Shown: positions 10,694-23,375 of the stretch, piece by piece
How positions within the stretch are numbered: the first letter of the stretch is position 1
Layout of the letters: the number at the start of each line of letters is the position of its first letter
Assembly: GCA_001599295.1 (NCBI GenBank)
Contig: BCGN01000002.1
Span: 62,001-126,000 of the forward strand
Source of the DNA: Sporopachydermia quercuum
Lineage: Eukaryota
Direction: 5' to 3'
DNA: 64,000 nt
Notes under the pieces: generated by a model
What the model saw: the letters and a program-made list of their open reading frames with translations, nothing else
The model's database searches: none
Told to the model about the DNA's origin: nothing
Translations under genes and position numbers: made by a program

Positions 10694-13486
10694 ATGTCGG
10701 CAAAACAATATATCGATTCTTCACCTATAAAGCCAAAGGGCAAAAAGATGAACGCTTCAATGTCTGTTTCGAATCTTCTACCAGGTTTTTTGCCTGGAGA
10801 AGACAAAACCAATAATACCAGTACTACTGCTAGTCTTCTAAGTGGACCTTTGAGAGAACCAAAGGGACCACCAAAGGTTCCACCACCTGCTTTCAAGATT
10901 CATAGTGACGATTATAAGTTTTTTGGTCAACTGGATTCTTCACCTCCAAAGGATAGAGATCACGTGTCCAGTATCGCAACTGATAGGTTCAACTTCAATC
11001 AGGAGGTCATATCAAATCATGAAGGATCACCACAAGGAAAAGCAGCTAAGCAAGGCAAAGGCAAACATCATACAGGAAATTTGTTGAAAAGACCTATAAT
11101 CACTGCTCAGGATACCAAATTTTTAGGAATAAATACGGTTTCTGGTAACATAAGCACGGTTGATCCTTATCCCACACCAGATCCTAGTTCAACGCTTGGT
11201 AATGATCTATCATCCTCTCCTGATCAACATGAAGCATTGAAGTTAGATTTGACCCGATTAAACAAAAAGTTGGTAGCAAATGCTGCTAGGGCTGAAATCC
11301 AGCTACCAGTTTCTACATCATCTACTTCAATTCCTTCAAGTCCTATCAAAGCTGGATACCACACTACTACCAAAATACCACTGACAGGATTGACATTTGC
11401 TCCTGTAGAGACGCAGAAGATACCTTTTGTAGTGAGATCTCCGTTGTCTGATATCAAATCCTTACATATACCTTCTAATGGTGATTGTAAAACTATTGGA
11501 AGATCATCCAAATCATCAGATTTTTCCTTCGAGAATAAATCAAAGTTGATCTCTCGTGTGCATGCTTCTGTTCATATTGAGACTAGATGTGTTTTGAACG
11601 AATCTGGGGATAAAGCTAACCCTTTTATTGCTAAAACAGAACATCAACTTGTAATTGATTGTTTAGGATGGAATGGCTTAACTATTGCTATTCCTGCTGC
11701 GGTTCAATTAGAATATGACGGCGAAGAGAACATGTTTGTTGATACAGAATATGCAAGTAAGAGAGCGTTCAAAAATCAAATCGATGAAGGGAAATCAACT
11801 ATTCCACGTATTTTAAGCTCGAATTGTTCTGTAACTGATCTGTTCATAATGAAAGGTGAACGTGCTGTTGTTCCTGCCATGAAAGGTATACTATTGGATT
11901 TTCGGGGTGATCAAGTATTGCTGTTGTTTGATAGTAAGGTGATCACTGATAATAATAGTATAAAGAGGCCAGCAACAAATTTGATCTTATCAAAGCTGGA
12001 GAGCAAACCAATAGTAGTAACTTCAGCTGTCTCAGAAACTCCTACTGCTGATAAAACTGATCTAATAGATACTGAAAACAAAACCGACAGTTCTATTGCT
12101 TCTGTTAAGAAAGATACTGTTGGTTCTAAGACAAAAGTAACAAATGACGAAGCGAAAGATAAAGAAGCAAAACATGCCATAATAAAAACAACAAATAAAC
12201 CTGTTAAGCCTGTTGATATGGATTCCGAGGCTGACTCTGTCTCTACTGAACCGGCGCATTCAAAGCCATTGACTTTACCGACTAATCCTACGAAAGCATC
12301 TTCGGAAGCTGCTTTTAAAGGAAAAAAGGCTCAAGGAGTTGAAAAAAAACCAAGCAAGAAACACTCTTCTGAAAGAAATGACACATCTTCGGCCGCTACC
12401 TCAACATCTACTTCTATCCTTGAGGCAAGTTCTCAACAATCTGTTAAGAAAAGGAAGATCAAGGTTAAGTTGGCTAACCAAAGTACTCCAGAAGATAGTA
12501 CTGATAAGGAGAGCAACATATTACCACGAAATCCCAAATCTAGTCTTAAACCCACTGTGACTATAACTGCTAAACCCATTAGTAAGTCTACTAATATCAA
12601 GCCCACTAAAACACCTAAAACTGCTAAGATCACTGCTCTTAACAATATCACCAATGAAACGAAACCTCCTAAGCATAAGCTATCCAAGATGCAGTTTAGT
12701 AAACCAGTTAAGAAGGTAAAGGGCATGTCAAATAATGATAAGCCTAAGCAGAATAAGAGTAAGGATACACATAATCCACCAGAAGAAGGTTTATCGTCTA
12801 AGAACCCTTCTGTTAAATCCACAACAGTCAAACTGGAATCAATTGTTAAATCAATTGGATTCAAGAGCGATTCAAATGATACTAGTTCTAGCTCAGTTAG
12901 CACTAACTCTATGGCTGATTCTACCAGCCCTACTACTATCAGTCCTCTAACTGTCAGCGATAATCCTAGTGTATCTACAACTACAAGTGCGCAGGTGTCT
13001 CATCCTGATGTTAGATCCAAATCTCTTGAACCAGAAGTATCTGTGTTGGAAGAAGCTGAATCACGAATTTCTGACGTTGCAGAAATCAAACGTTTGGTTT
13101 CTAACCATCTTGCCTACTCGCGACTTCACTCTACGCCATTTGGTACTCTTCACGTGTTCAACAAAGCTGTACAGTCAATAGCAAGCCCGGATTTGAGATC
13201 CTTGTTGGCAGATATCCCTTGCGTTGGCGTTATTCGAAGAAAAGGTAAAGATGCCGCAGGAAAGCCTCTAGATGAAGAATATTACTATGATCCTGAGAAC
13301 GATGATGATTTTGAAAGAAGAGCCATGGTTGAACAGTTGAAAGGGGGTGGCGGTTTAAGATCTTGCCGTAAAGTGCATAAACAAGTAAGTGAATTTGATA
13401 TGACGGCTGATTATTTTATAATGATTTTTATAATTAGTTACTAACCGATGTTTTACTAGTATTTTTGGAAGAAGCCAACTAAATAG
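10694..13486 (+). CDS. TOS4: FHA-domain protein Tos4/Plm2 (about 905 aa); exons 10694-13384 and 13460-13486
   Basis: FHA core TIGRSSKSSD...ISRVHA...CLGWNG; C-terminal GKDAAGKPLDEEYYYDPENDDD...LRSCRKVHKQ|YFWKKPTK is completed only after removing a GTAAGT...TACTAAC...TAG intron (13385-13459). Confidence 0.88.
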
Positions 13487-13822
13487 ACTTTTGTGCTGTA
13501 GTATCACAAGCTCTTAGTATACTTCTATACCTTGTGAGGCTAAAGGTAAAGCTCCTATTACTTGTATATTCCTATAGTAATGCATTGTAAATTGTCATAT
13601 ACAACTAGTGAATCACATCAAACAGTAGCTGTTAGCAGTTAGCAGTTACACGAATCACTGGCCAAAACAGTTCGAATAACCACTTTATGAGGGAATACTT
13701 ATCGGCAACATAGGATACGTCATTTCAATTTGGATATATTACATATTTGAACCGTTTATCTCTGATTGAAGATGAAATGATTTTATTACTATATAATTAG
13801 ACTTAGAATATTGTCATTTCGC

Positions 13823-14560
13823 TTACAACTTCTTGGAAACATAGACATCAAGAGGGGAAGGAGTGATTTCAGTTTCTTTCCACAAGTTAGGAGTCAAGAA
13901 AGCATAAGAATTACCGATGGCAACAAAAGCGGCCTTCAAAGTGTTCTCAGTAGTTCTGGTAGAACCAGAAGATGAAGTATAAGCATCTTCAACACCAGCC
14001 AATTGTAACAACTTCTTAACAGCAGGAGAGGCAACGACACCAGTACCACGAGGAGCAGGAATAAGACGGACAGAAACGGAACCGCACTTACCGGTAGTCT
14101 TACCAGCCAAAGAGTGAGGCTTACCTAAGTTGGTACCCCAGTAACCTCTTCTGATAGGAATGATGGCTAACTTAGCAATAACGATAGCAGTGTGAATAGC
14201 AGTAGCGACTTCCTTAGCAGTCTTGACACCGACACCAACGTGACCGTTAGAATCACCAATAACAACGACAGCCTTCAATCTGGTTCTTTGACCGGCTCTG
14301 GTTTGCTTTTGAACGGAAGTAACCTTCATAACTTCTTCGGATAATTCAGGCAAGAGCTTGTCAATGATTTGAACTTCCTTGATAGGGAGGGCATGAAGAT
14401 AGATTTCTTCAATGGAGGTGATCTTACCAGCTTGGACTAATCTTCCGAGCTTGGTGACTGGTTGCCATCCCTTTTCTTCTTCACCTCTTCTTCCACCTCT
14501 TCTGTTGTTTCTACCTCTGTTGGATCCACCGAATCCACCACGCTTAGGAGCTTCAGACAT
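13823..14560 (-). CDS. RPS2: 40S ribosomal protein uS5 (S2)
   Basis: [29 protein letters not shown]; strongly biased codon usage; no intron. Confidence 0.99.
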   Translation of the reverse strand: MSEAPKRGGFGGSNRGRNNRRGGRRGEEEKGWQPVTKLGRLVQAGKITSIEEIYLHALPIKEVQIIDKLLPELSEEVMKVTSVQKQTRAGQRTRLKAVVVIGDSNGHVGVGVKTAKEVATAIHTAIVIAKLAIIPIRRGYWGTNLGKPHSLAGKTTGKCGSVSVRLIPAPRGTGVVASPAVKKLLQLAGVEDAYTSSSGSTRTTENTLKAAFVAIGNSYAFLTPNLWKETEITPSPLDVYVSKKL

Positions 14561-14895
14561 TGTTGATATATTACTTAAATTTGTTGAGAGTGAACTAATG
14601 TTCTTGCCTTTCTATCAAAATAAGTTGATAGTAGAAAGTCTTTCTGATAGAGGAACGCGTAATATGTTGATGCACTATATACTGGGCTTAGTGACGGTCA
14701 GTTGTTACAATTATCGTGAACTAAGGTGCATAGTAACAGAGAATGCAATGCTGCTCCTCAGTATGCGTCGGTCTCCTCCTATTGAGACATAATAAAAATT
14801 TCACTTGAATTTTCAATAAGTATTTCTGGTATGAAAACTACCAAGTGGACTAACTTAGGTGAGTATCTGAGCACGATACTTACCCTTAATGTAAG

Positions 14896-14902
14896 CACGT
14901 GA
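14896..14902. promoter_or_regulatory. CACGTGA (Cbf1-type E-box) upstream of RPS2
   Basis: Exact motif about 340 nt upstream of the RPS2 ATG; Cbf1 co-regulates ribosomal protein genes in some non-Saccharomyces yeasts. Function inferred only. Confidence 0.3.
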
Positions 14903-15099
14903 GAAAAGAGTTTAAAAAACATGAAATCTCATTTCATTATTTGCTTGATGACGAAATGCAAACCTTATTTGTAAATTGGACTGAAAGAGAGACCAAAGGA
15001 TAGCTCCTCCAGAAGGTTTTAGTTCCTTACGAAAGCAATAATAAGAACGATTAGGAAAGCCAATCTACTAACAAGATTTTTTAATTGGTTCTTTCCATG

Positions 15100-15400
15100 G
15101 AATGTTGTTTCAGTCTTAGTTTTCAGCACTATTTTTTCATCGAACAAGTGCTTCGGAGCATGTACTATCCGGACCTTCCGTACAGGTTGGAAGTCCAATT
15201 AAAGGGCGAGTTCCAAATGATGATCTCATTCATATTTGCCTCCATACTGTAGTGGCCGCCAGCAAAATCCACAGGGTAAGACCTTCAAATCATCGAGATA
15301 TAACAGATAAGTACTCTTCACTCTATTGAATTTTCAACCGTAAGACGGATTTTTCGATATTCTCAACTAGCAGCTGTTCCAATCATTATCCCATTAGTCT
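15100..15400 (-). mobile_element. Degenerate non-LTR retrotransposon (LINE-like) reverse transcriptase fragment
   Basis: Minus strand, with stops and frameshifts: LEQLL / RISKNPSYG*KFNRVKSTYLLYLDDLKVL (YLDD at 15289-15300) / MEANMNEIIIWNSPFN / LDFQPVRKVRIVH. Order and spacing fit RT motifs 5 and 6 of non-LTR elements. Confidence 0.55.
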
Positions 15401-16559
15401 CTTATCATTTCAAACGTTCGTACAAATTTTCTTGCTTCCAATTGTGGAAGCCAGTTAGATTCTAGATCTGGGGAAATATACTGAAGCTTATGAATATTAT
15501 TTTCCAATTAATTGTTCGTAAAAGGGTCAATTGATGGGAGATTACAATGAGTCTCCAACTTAATACGATAAAAATATATCAATAATTAATAATCAGAATA
15601 TATAACCAGTAAGGCTTACTACTAGGACACTTACTCAATTAAAAGAGCAAAAGTATTCATTTGAGGGTTAGTTGTATGTGAAGTAAGTAGCATGCCATTG
15701 TATCAAATGATAAGTCACTTGAGATGTCTATGTACAGAGCTCCAGCGGCCTATTCTGTTCACTGCACTGTGACTCTGTTTTCGCTAACTCTCCTTGCAAA
15801 TACACACAGCTATTGCAAAACATCGGTGGATATGTACTCCAAGTATGAACTACATAAATCTCTATTCTTCGTATTCTCACATCCTAGTAATAAAATACAT
15901 TGTTCTCCACCTTAGTTGTCACAAGAGATTCCAATATAAGGTTTGAACTCTATTTGACTCCGCTACTTGCATGTGAGAATATCTCAATTTCTCTTTATCG
16001 CTAATCAACTCAACAGCTGAACTGATAATTCCATTATAACTTTCTACTAGTATAATCACATTTACTACCAATATAAGTATTGAGGTGACATTCTTACTCT
16101 GAAACATAAATATTCACTCAGAACAAACAAATTGCACGTTTCCCCAGTATTTCTCTTCATTAAATCTTCTTATCTTCCAGTCTCGCAAACACCCCTTGAT
16201 CTTATACGTAAGCATCTCCTGCAACTGTATGCATCTTTTCAGCTATCTTGCGTCAGTCAGTCGATGTGCTCATATCTCATTTTAAATCTCATGTCATTTC
16301 TCACACTTTTTGTCCTTTCCCTTCTTTATTTCTACCTATTTTGCTGCTACTAATAACACTAGATTATCTTTATAATCAAGATTTTGACTGTATAGGCTTG
16401 AATTGTTTGTAGATCAGTATCTAATAATAGGAATAGAATTTTGGTATAAAAATTACTATACATTCACACTCACATTCAACCAATCGATACTATCATTTGA
16501 CGTAGTATCTATTATAAGGAGGTCAATTCATATATATACAATACCAACCATTTATAACA

Positions 16560-17264
16560 ATGTCGTAAGTGTCAAATTAAGGTACTATTTACAAGATCTT
16601 GTTATATTTATTCGTATACTAACTGAATGAAAAGGTACGCTGAAGTTGCATCTAAAAAGGGACTTGGAAACTCTCCAGCTGTTCCTCAAGTACCCGAAGT
16701 TGTATCTACTATTTCTGGCGAAGGCTCAGTTGATATAATACCCAATGAGGAGAACAGTAAGAACAACAATAACGAAGTCAACACTAATTCATCCTCAGAC
16801 AACAAGGATTCCAAACCATCAAAAGATTCTGGTGAGAAGGCTAAATCTATTCTTAATACTGTAGCATCTTCCTTACAAAGTATTGCATCAAAAGTCTCAT
16901 CAGGTACAGCTACTACTATCAATAAACTAGGCCAATTTGCATCATCCAGTGTAGCTAAAACCAGCGAGGTAGCTAAATCTGCTGGCAATGAATTGAAAGA
17001 CCCTGTTGTTGCTGGCCATGTGCTTGCTGGAGCAGCAATCGTTACTGGAGCAAGTATTGGGCACAAGAAACTCGAGAAAGCATCACCTGAAGTTTTGTGC
17101 GGATTAGCTTCTGTTTCTGTTTTATTGTTAGCCTTGGATCTGTTCAGTTATAGGTATGTTCATAGTTGATGATGTGGAAAACAATATTCTCATGTGTTAT
17201 TCAATTGATAACAAAGAATTAACCATACTAACAAATTATTAGAGCCTATAGTAAGAAGAAGTAA
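16560..17264 (+). CDS. OM14: Om14-like mitochondrial outer membrane protein (about 181 aa); exons 16560-16564, 16635-17153, 17243-17264
   Basis: Spliced N-terminus MSYAEVASKKG, ELKDPVVAG motif, C-terminal hydrophobic segments and basic tail YRAYSKKK; both introns have GTAAGT/GTATGT donors and TACTAAC branch points. Confidence 0.65.
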
Positions 17265-17617
17265 TAGAAACACATACATACAGAGAGGATGATGTATGAT
17301 AGTTTGCATTTGAATATTTCTGCTGTATGTGCAATTTATATTTTAGTTTTTCTGCTCTGTTTCTGTTTTTATCTACCGGTTATTGATAGCTTATGTATTA
17401 ATGATTCTTGATGATGGATCATTCATTCATTTCTTTCATTCATAAATTGTTATTGTCATATACGGTTTTAATATACTGTTTAATTTTGACTATGAGTAAT
17501 AGTGCAAATCTGCTTGTTAATATGTTATACGTTCTTGCTATATGAATACACTACACATTAAAGCAGCACACATCACACAGTACCACCTTGCATATTCAGA
17601 AGTATATTGTACTTTTT

Positions 17618-19966
17618 TCATGCACACATTTGAAACAACTCATCTGTTTCCTCTATCGTTAAAAGCATTTCAAGAACCTCTTGTATCAACACACGGTTAT
17701 ATGTAACTCCGCCATAGAAACCTCTCGCATACTCACTTGAGAGACTAGATAGAAGTAAATTCAGTGCACTGGATTTTGATAATGTGTTGGTGATCTTCTG
17801 AATATCTCTTGTTTTGAATAAAATGAAAATCGTTTCCAACAACAGCGTTATAAGCTGTTTTCTTTGTTTGCTAATTGGATCAACATTCAACAGCAGTAAG
17901 GGATTCTCCATAGATTCTTCCCAAAGTGTATTTCTGTAAGGTTCTTTCTCACCAGTTCTGGTTATAAAGTCGGTGAAACCATCGGTCAATTCCAACCTTT
18001 GATCAAACAGCTCTTTAGATAAACAAACTACAAGATCCGTTATAATATCAATGACTACTTCGTCGTTACTCATGAACAAGTACTTTTGGAATAAAATGAC
18101 TATCAGCGTCTTCATTATCAGCATATCTGATATGGAATAGTTGGGAGCTAAGTACTCATCAAGAGGAAATGCTCTACTGAGCCTGGAAGTCCAATTGGGT
18201 GTGAAATAACTGTAGATGACTTCCATATCACTGCTGTTGCTGTGCAATCTGTTTAATCCATGAATATTGAATCTCGTAGTGCTTTTCATACTATCACTGT
18301 CACTGCATAAATGGCCAGAAAGCTTCTTAATAGTCTTCAACAAGTTCTGTTCATTGCTTCTAGGACCAATACTATCACTGGAAACAGAATGGATCAAAGC
18401 ATGAACTAAAGACTGCTGAATTACAACCGGTATTCTATTTGATAGTAACGGATGAATAAAATCAGTAGATACATTAGACCATATTCTGTCGGTGAGATCT
18501 GTTTCTTTGTTGCTTATTCTACTGATGGTTTCAATCACATCAATTGTATAAATAGCCAAAAGATTGTTGAACACTTCTTCTTGCTCAGATATCGTAGATT
18601 CTCTATATAAGGAAGACAAGCTATGCGTAGTATTGATATTGAAGCCAGACTGCAAGGTACTACTATCAGTCGACCAATCATCAACATTATCCTCTAAGTA
18701 ATACATATTGTAATTCATTCTCATCTTAGGATGGGTGAATTTCCGTAAAGCCCAATGCTCTTCTGATGAGATAGTAGCTGTCATAGTTAGTACTTTCAGA
18801 ATAATCTCATCATTAATGGCGTTAGGACGAAAAGCTATTGATTGATGAATAAGACCCAGCAGGAATGGACATGGGATAATTATTCTCAAAGCATAGAACT
18901 TTTCTACAAGACCGCAGAGACATTCAATAAACGATCTAAGTAGCTCATCAAGCTTGAGAACTTTTCTGTTGACAGAGATAAAGTCAAGAATAGCTGTGGT
19001 AATGGAATGATGCTTCGAAGTAATAGTAAACCCATGAAGAGAATAATGAAAAGACATATCAGTTGCATTAAAAGTACCAGTAGAAGTGGTAGTAGGTATG
19101 GAGTTGGTTCTCCTATTCAATTCTGAAGACTTATTTATCAAAGCACCAATATCAATAACAGATAAATATTCCAACGTCTTTAGGTGTAGTCCTAGTATTA
19201 CATGATTCAGTAAACTATCTAGAAACAGTCCATTCTCATCAGGAATCATAACTACAGCTGGTTCATATTTTCTTTCCTTTTTAGACTTTTGATGAATGTG
19301 ATTGGCTTCAAACGGCTCAATCATATCAAGATCCTCATTGAATTCAATATTACTATCGATTAGATCAACATCATCACCAAAGCGATCACCATCTTTTTCT
19401 ATATCTTGATCTATGAGGGCTCCCTTATCGTTTTTCCTTCCCTTTTCTTTGCCCTCCTGATTATTTCTTTTTCCTAAATTTCGTCTATCCTCATTAATAA
19501 ACTGCTGCTGTACCTTTAAGGACTTATTGTCTTCTTCCAGTTTATGAAGCTGTTGTTCTCGGTTCTTTCTATATTCATTGTGGGTTTCCCTGAGCTGTGA
19601 AATCTCATCAGAATGTTGTTTCTGAACTCTATGAAGACTCGAGCGCAAAATTGCCGTTTCACCTTTCGCTAGCAATAGTTCTCTCTTCAGCCGTTCTAGT
19701 TCTGATAAATCATCTAGACCTAAGTCGGAAGTGTTGTAGGAATACTGAGATTGAAACTGAGACTGTGCAGATTTTTGCTGTGAGTTGAAAAAAGGCGTAT
19801 TCTTGTTGCTATTATGAGCAGACGTTGCATTGGTAGTCCTATTGGTATCAGCATTGGCACCGTTTGATCCTCCTTCAGTCTGCCGAATAGCTTGCGACTC
19901 TAAGATCAACAGATCGGAATCATCAATCTCATCGAGGAGTTCGTCATATTCGTCGTGTTGAGACAT
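17618..19966 (-). CDS. LCD1: Checkpoint protein Lcd1/Ddc2 (ATRIP/Rad26 family)
   Basis: Acidic N-terminus, coiled coil with LLLAKGETAILR, DENGLFLDSLLNHVI motif, then a helical-repeat region; next to EMG1 and TOS4 as in Saccharomyces sister regions. Confidence 0.75.
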   Translation of the reverse strand: MSQHDEYDELLDEIDDSDLLILESQAIRQTEGGSNGANADTNRTTNATSAHNSNKNTPFFNSQQKSAQSQFQSQYSYNTSDLGLDDLSELERLKRELLLAKGETAILRSSLHRVQKQHSDEISQLRETHNEYRKNREQQLHKLEEDNKSLKVQQQFINEDRRNLGKRNNQEGKEKGRKNDKGALIDQDIEKDGDRFGDDVDLIDSNIEFNEDLDMIEPFEANHIHQKSKKERKYEPAVVMIPDENGLFLDSLLNHVILGLHLKTLEYLSVIDIGALINKSSELNRRTNSIPTTTSTGTFNATDMSFHYSLHGFTITSKHHSITTAILDFISVNRKVLKLDELLRSFIECLCGLVEKFYALRIIIPCPFLLGLIHQSIAFRPNAINDEIILKVLTMTATISSEEHWALRKFTHPKMRMNYNMYYLEDNVDDWSTDSSTLQSGFNINTTHSLSSLYRESTISEQEEVFNNLLAIYTIDVIETISRISNKETDLTDRIWSNVSTDFIHPLLSNRIPVVIQQSLVHALIHSVSSDSIGPRSNEQNLLKTIKKLSGHLCSDSDSMKSTTRFNIHGLNRLHSNSSDMEVIYSYFTPNWTSRLSRAFPLDEYLAPNYSISDMLIMKTLIVILFQKYLFMSNDEVVIDIITDLVVCLSKELFDQRLELTDGFTDFITRTGEKEPYRNTLWEESMENPLLLLNVDPISKQRKQLITLLLETIFILFKTRDIQKITNTLSKSSALNLLLSSLSSEYARGFYGGVTYNRVLIQEVLEMLLTIEETDELFQMCA

Positions 19967-20661
19967 CTTTGGAAGCTTGTCGCGTAAACCAAAAATATTA
20001 GCTCATTATTTATATGGGAATATGTATGTGAAGGAGTATAAAAGTGTTAACTTGATGCGGATATATAATGATATATCAGTGTTTGTAATGTAGGACAGGT
20101 CAATTGATGTTGATGTGTGGGCACTGATTGCTGTGTTGCCGTAAGTAACTTTCTGGAAATTGAAAATGGCAGAAAATATGCAGAGTGGATACTCGTGATA
20201 ATATTAGGTGATTGATACTACTAACTGGCTGGGACCGAGCGCAAGAAATCAAAAATTCACGTATAGTTGATGAATAGGTGATGCGATATAAGATGAAATG
20301 TTTGATGTGTAAAATACGGATAAGAAGGGATTAGAAAGCGGAAAATATATTGATGATTTGTCGGAGATGATAGATATATGTGCGAAGAGTTTCCGATTTA
20401 TTTAACTATGTTCTCCGAAATTGATCCTATGATGTACTTACTATATTTTTTACGTTATACTAACAAGATCAATGCCAAATATATTGAAAAGTCCTGACAG
20501 CTCTCAGAATATTCAGTTTGTTTAGCACAGAAATTGATATCTATGTTCTATATATAGTCAACTACATATTTTTCTGGTTATCAATGTTTATTCTCTTATC
20601 CACCTGTCTCCACTCACTGCTCTCGTATCTCCCGTACACAGTATCAGATCACATGACCATT

Positions 20662-20682
20662 CTCATCATACAAAAAATTTTT
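20662..20682 (+). promoter_or_regulatory. PAC core (CTCATC) plus RRPE-like AAAAAATTTTT upstream of EMG1
   Basis: Adjacent ribosome-biogenesis motifs in the pyrimidine-rich region 5' of EMG1. Confidence 0.4.
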
Positions 20683-21295
20683 ATTCTTTTTTTTCCCATA
20701 CAAAATGAAAGTTTCACTACTACCAAANTCAGTATTTCGCTTTTTTTCCTCCATTGACAGTTCATCAGTAGAGTGCTTTTTTGTTTTACTGTTGAAATAT
20801 TGTTTTCTGTCACAAGGCATCAGCAAAGTAAAGCCAGTAATAGAAAGAAGAGCAATAGGGATCTTGAGAGAGTCAACTGTGATAACCACCAACTCACCGA
20901 AATAGAGAGGAATCCTGTGAGCGTGACAGTTCATAATACTTAGTGTAGGAGCTCATTGTATAATAGTCGTGGCACCACTGGTATTATACTTATAATTATA
21001 AAAACTGATCAATCAAACTGCCAGTTCTATAAGAGATTATCGGGGCAAGAACATTGTTACCAGACGTTTTATTCGTACATCATTTCACGGCAAAAGATCC
21101 AGCTAGTTCTGTAATATCTGCTATCTGGCGGTAACTTAGAAACATAGGAGCAATACCAATCGACATAGAAACGGTCACAGTAGAGAAAATTGTTCAATTT
21201 ACTGGAAACATTACAGCATAAAATTTGAATTTTAGATAGAATTGTGGCATTCATAGAAAGTTACTACAATCAGATCAACCTTAGAATCGTGCAAG

Positions 21296-22150
21296 ATGGC
21301 AGGCAAACCTGAAAAGAAAAGAGAAGAAAGAGAAATGGTAGAAGATGGAGAATCCAACGAAACGGGAGAAAATGCTAGTGAAACCACCAACGAAGCATCT
21401 GTGAACAAAAAAGTCAAAAAGGAAGCAAAAGGCGCCAAAGTATTACCTGCATCATTAGTACCTGTTCCTGCTACNCCTGTATCGTCAAAGGATAAGAACT
21501 CCCAGAGACTTATTGTTGTATTATCTCAAGCATGCTTGGAAACGCACAAAGTTCATTCTGGTAGTGGGCCTGGTGGTGATAAATATGCTTTGCTGAACTG
21601 TGATGATCATCAAGGTTTACTCAAGAAAATGAATAGAGATATAGGAGAGGCCAGACCTGATATTACACATCAATGTTTGCTGACCTTGTTGGATTCCCCT
21701 ATCAACAAAGCAGGAAAACTCAATGTATATATTCAAACTGCCAGAAATGTCTTGATTGAAGTAAATCCTTCAGTTAGAATCCCTAGAACATTCAAGAGAT
21801 TTTCTGGTCTGATGGTTCAGTTATTACATAAACTCTCAATCAGATCAGTTAACTCACAAGAGAAGCTGCTGAAGGTGATCAAGAATCCAATCACAGACCA
21901 CTTGCCACCAAAATGCCGGAAGATAACTTTAAGTTTCGATGCCCCCGTTCAAAGAGTGCAGGATTATGTTACAACTTTAGATGAAGATGAAAGTATATGC
22001 GTTGTGGTTGGTGCTATGGCAAGAGGAACTGATAATTTTGCTGACGGATGGATTGATGAAAAGATTGGTGTATCGAATTATCCACTTTCTGCCTCTGTTG
22101 CTTGCAGTAAGTTTTGCCACGGCTGTGAAGACGCTTGGGGTATTATGTAG
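21296..22150 (+). CDS. EMG1: 18S rRNA pseudouridine N1-methyltransferase Emg1/Nep1 (SPOUT)
   Basis: [63 protein letters not shown]. Confidence 0.98.
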   Translation: MAGKPEKKREEREMVEDGESNETGENASETTNEASVNKKVKKEAKGAKVLPASLVPVPAXPVSSKDKNSQRLIVVLSQACLETHKVHSGSGPGGDKYALLNCDDHQGLLKKMNRDIGEARPDITHQCLLTLLDSPINKAGKLNVYIQTARNVLIEVNPSVRIPRTFKRFSGLMVQLLHKLSIRSVNSQEKLLKVIKNPITDHLPPKCRKITLSFDAPVQRVQDYVTTLDEDESICVVVGAMARGTDNFADGWIDEKIGVSNYPLSASVACSKFCHGCEDAWGIM

Positions 22151-23375
22151 ATAGAAATGGATATACAGACTGTAAACTATTCAATGAACTATGAACTATT
22201 TAGACAATGCGTGGTAGATGTGTAGATGCGAATACCTTACAAGACGATGAACAGAATTGAAAGAAAACAATTTCATGAATAATATAGTATTAGATAGTAA
22301 ATTAATTAAGTATTATAAAAGAAAAAGATCCCATTACAAATGTCGATTGCTTAAATGTTTAATTCTTAGAACGAATGATTTATTGAAGAATCATTAAGAG
22401 CGCTTTAATTACCTGAAAGGGAATTTTCCACTTTGCCCAAAATGAACGGGGAGTAGAGTATACATATAATATTTTCAAATAATTTGAATATCTGTATGAA
22501 TAACAACAGTACGACTGCCAATAGCGATACAGCGACGAATAGAATGTTAAGTTGAGAGCCTTTGAGATTGGATTATTGGATTTGAGTGGAAAATGCCTAT
22601 AGAAAAAATCCAATTAGATTCTGTTCTAGTTGTAGGTATATTTGCTTAGAGTGTGTGCTTAGACTGATTGTAATATATAGTTGAACCATGCAGGAACAAA
22701 TGCGACGGCAGATTAATGCATATGTAATGCATATTTAGAATCAATTGCGTACTCCATCTCACTAAATGGTATTATTTCTACAACAATAGCAAACTGAGAA
22801 CCCAATCTTTGTTCGTATAATGTGTACCTTTGTTTATTAGGAAAATCAAGTGAAGTTCCTGTGTGTTATAAGATTCATGTTATTCATTCCACTCTAGAAA
22901 CCTAGAGTGGAATGAATGATCCTGCAATGTTTCTTCCTGCTGCATTCTCTCTCGTTTTCCACGTGACGATTTATTATCACCGAAATTCCAAATGCTCATC
23001 CGCTTGCTCATCCATTTTCCCTTACTTTTCACTTCAACCAGAATTATCACCAGTGAAGAAATCAACAATCATTTTACAACTTCCCAAACGTTTTCACTAT
23101 CAAATTCAATTTAACTTAATTGACTTTATTTATTTGCTCTCGTGTTCCGGGTCTTTCCTATCCCTAGCCCAAGTCGTAGATCATTGTATCACTAGCTGTC
23201 AGTGTCCAGCGATCACAATAAAGAGCAGTACATACAAGACAGAGTTTTACACTGATCTAATTCCATTATCCACGTTTATTGCCAAACCAACGGCTAGCTA
23301 CAAATACTTTTGCCAGATTATCTTTATCGGTNCATTTTTAAGGTATCTTCCAACAACCCACTGGAGCTCTTCACT

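Noticed and set aside
21296..22150. Possible alternative CUG decoding
   Set aside because: CTG codons fall at conserved Leu positions (ALLNCDD, QCLLTLL, SGLMVQ), consistent with the standard code.
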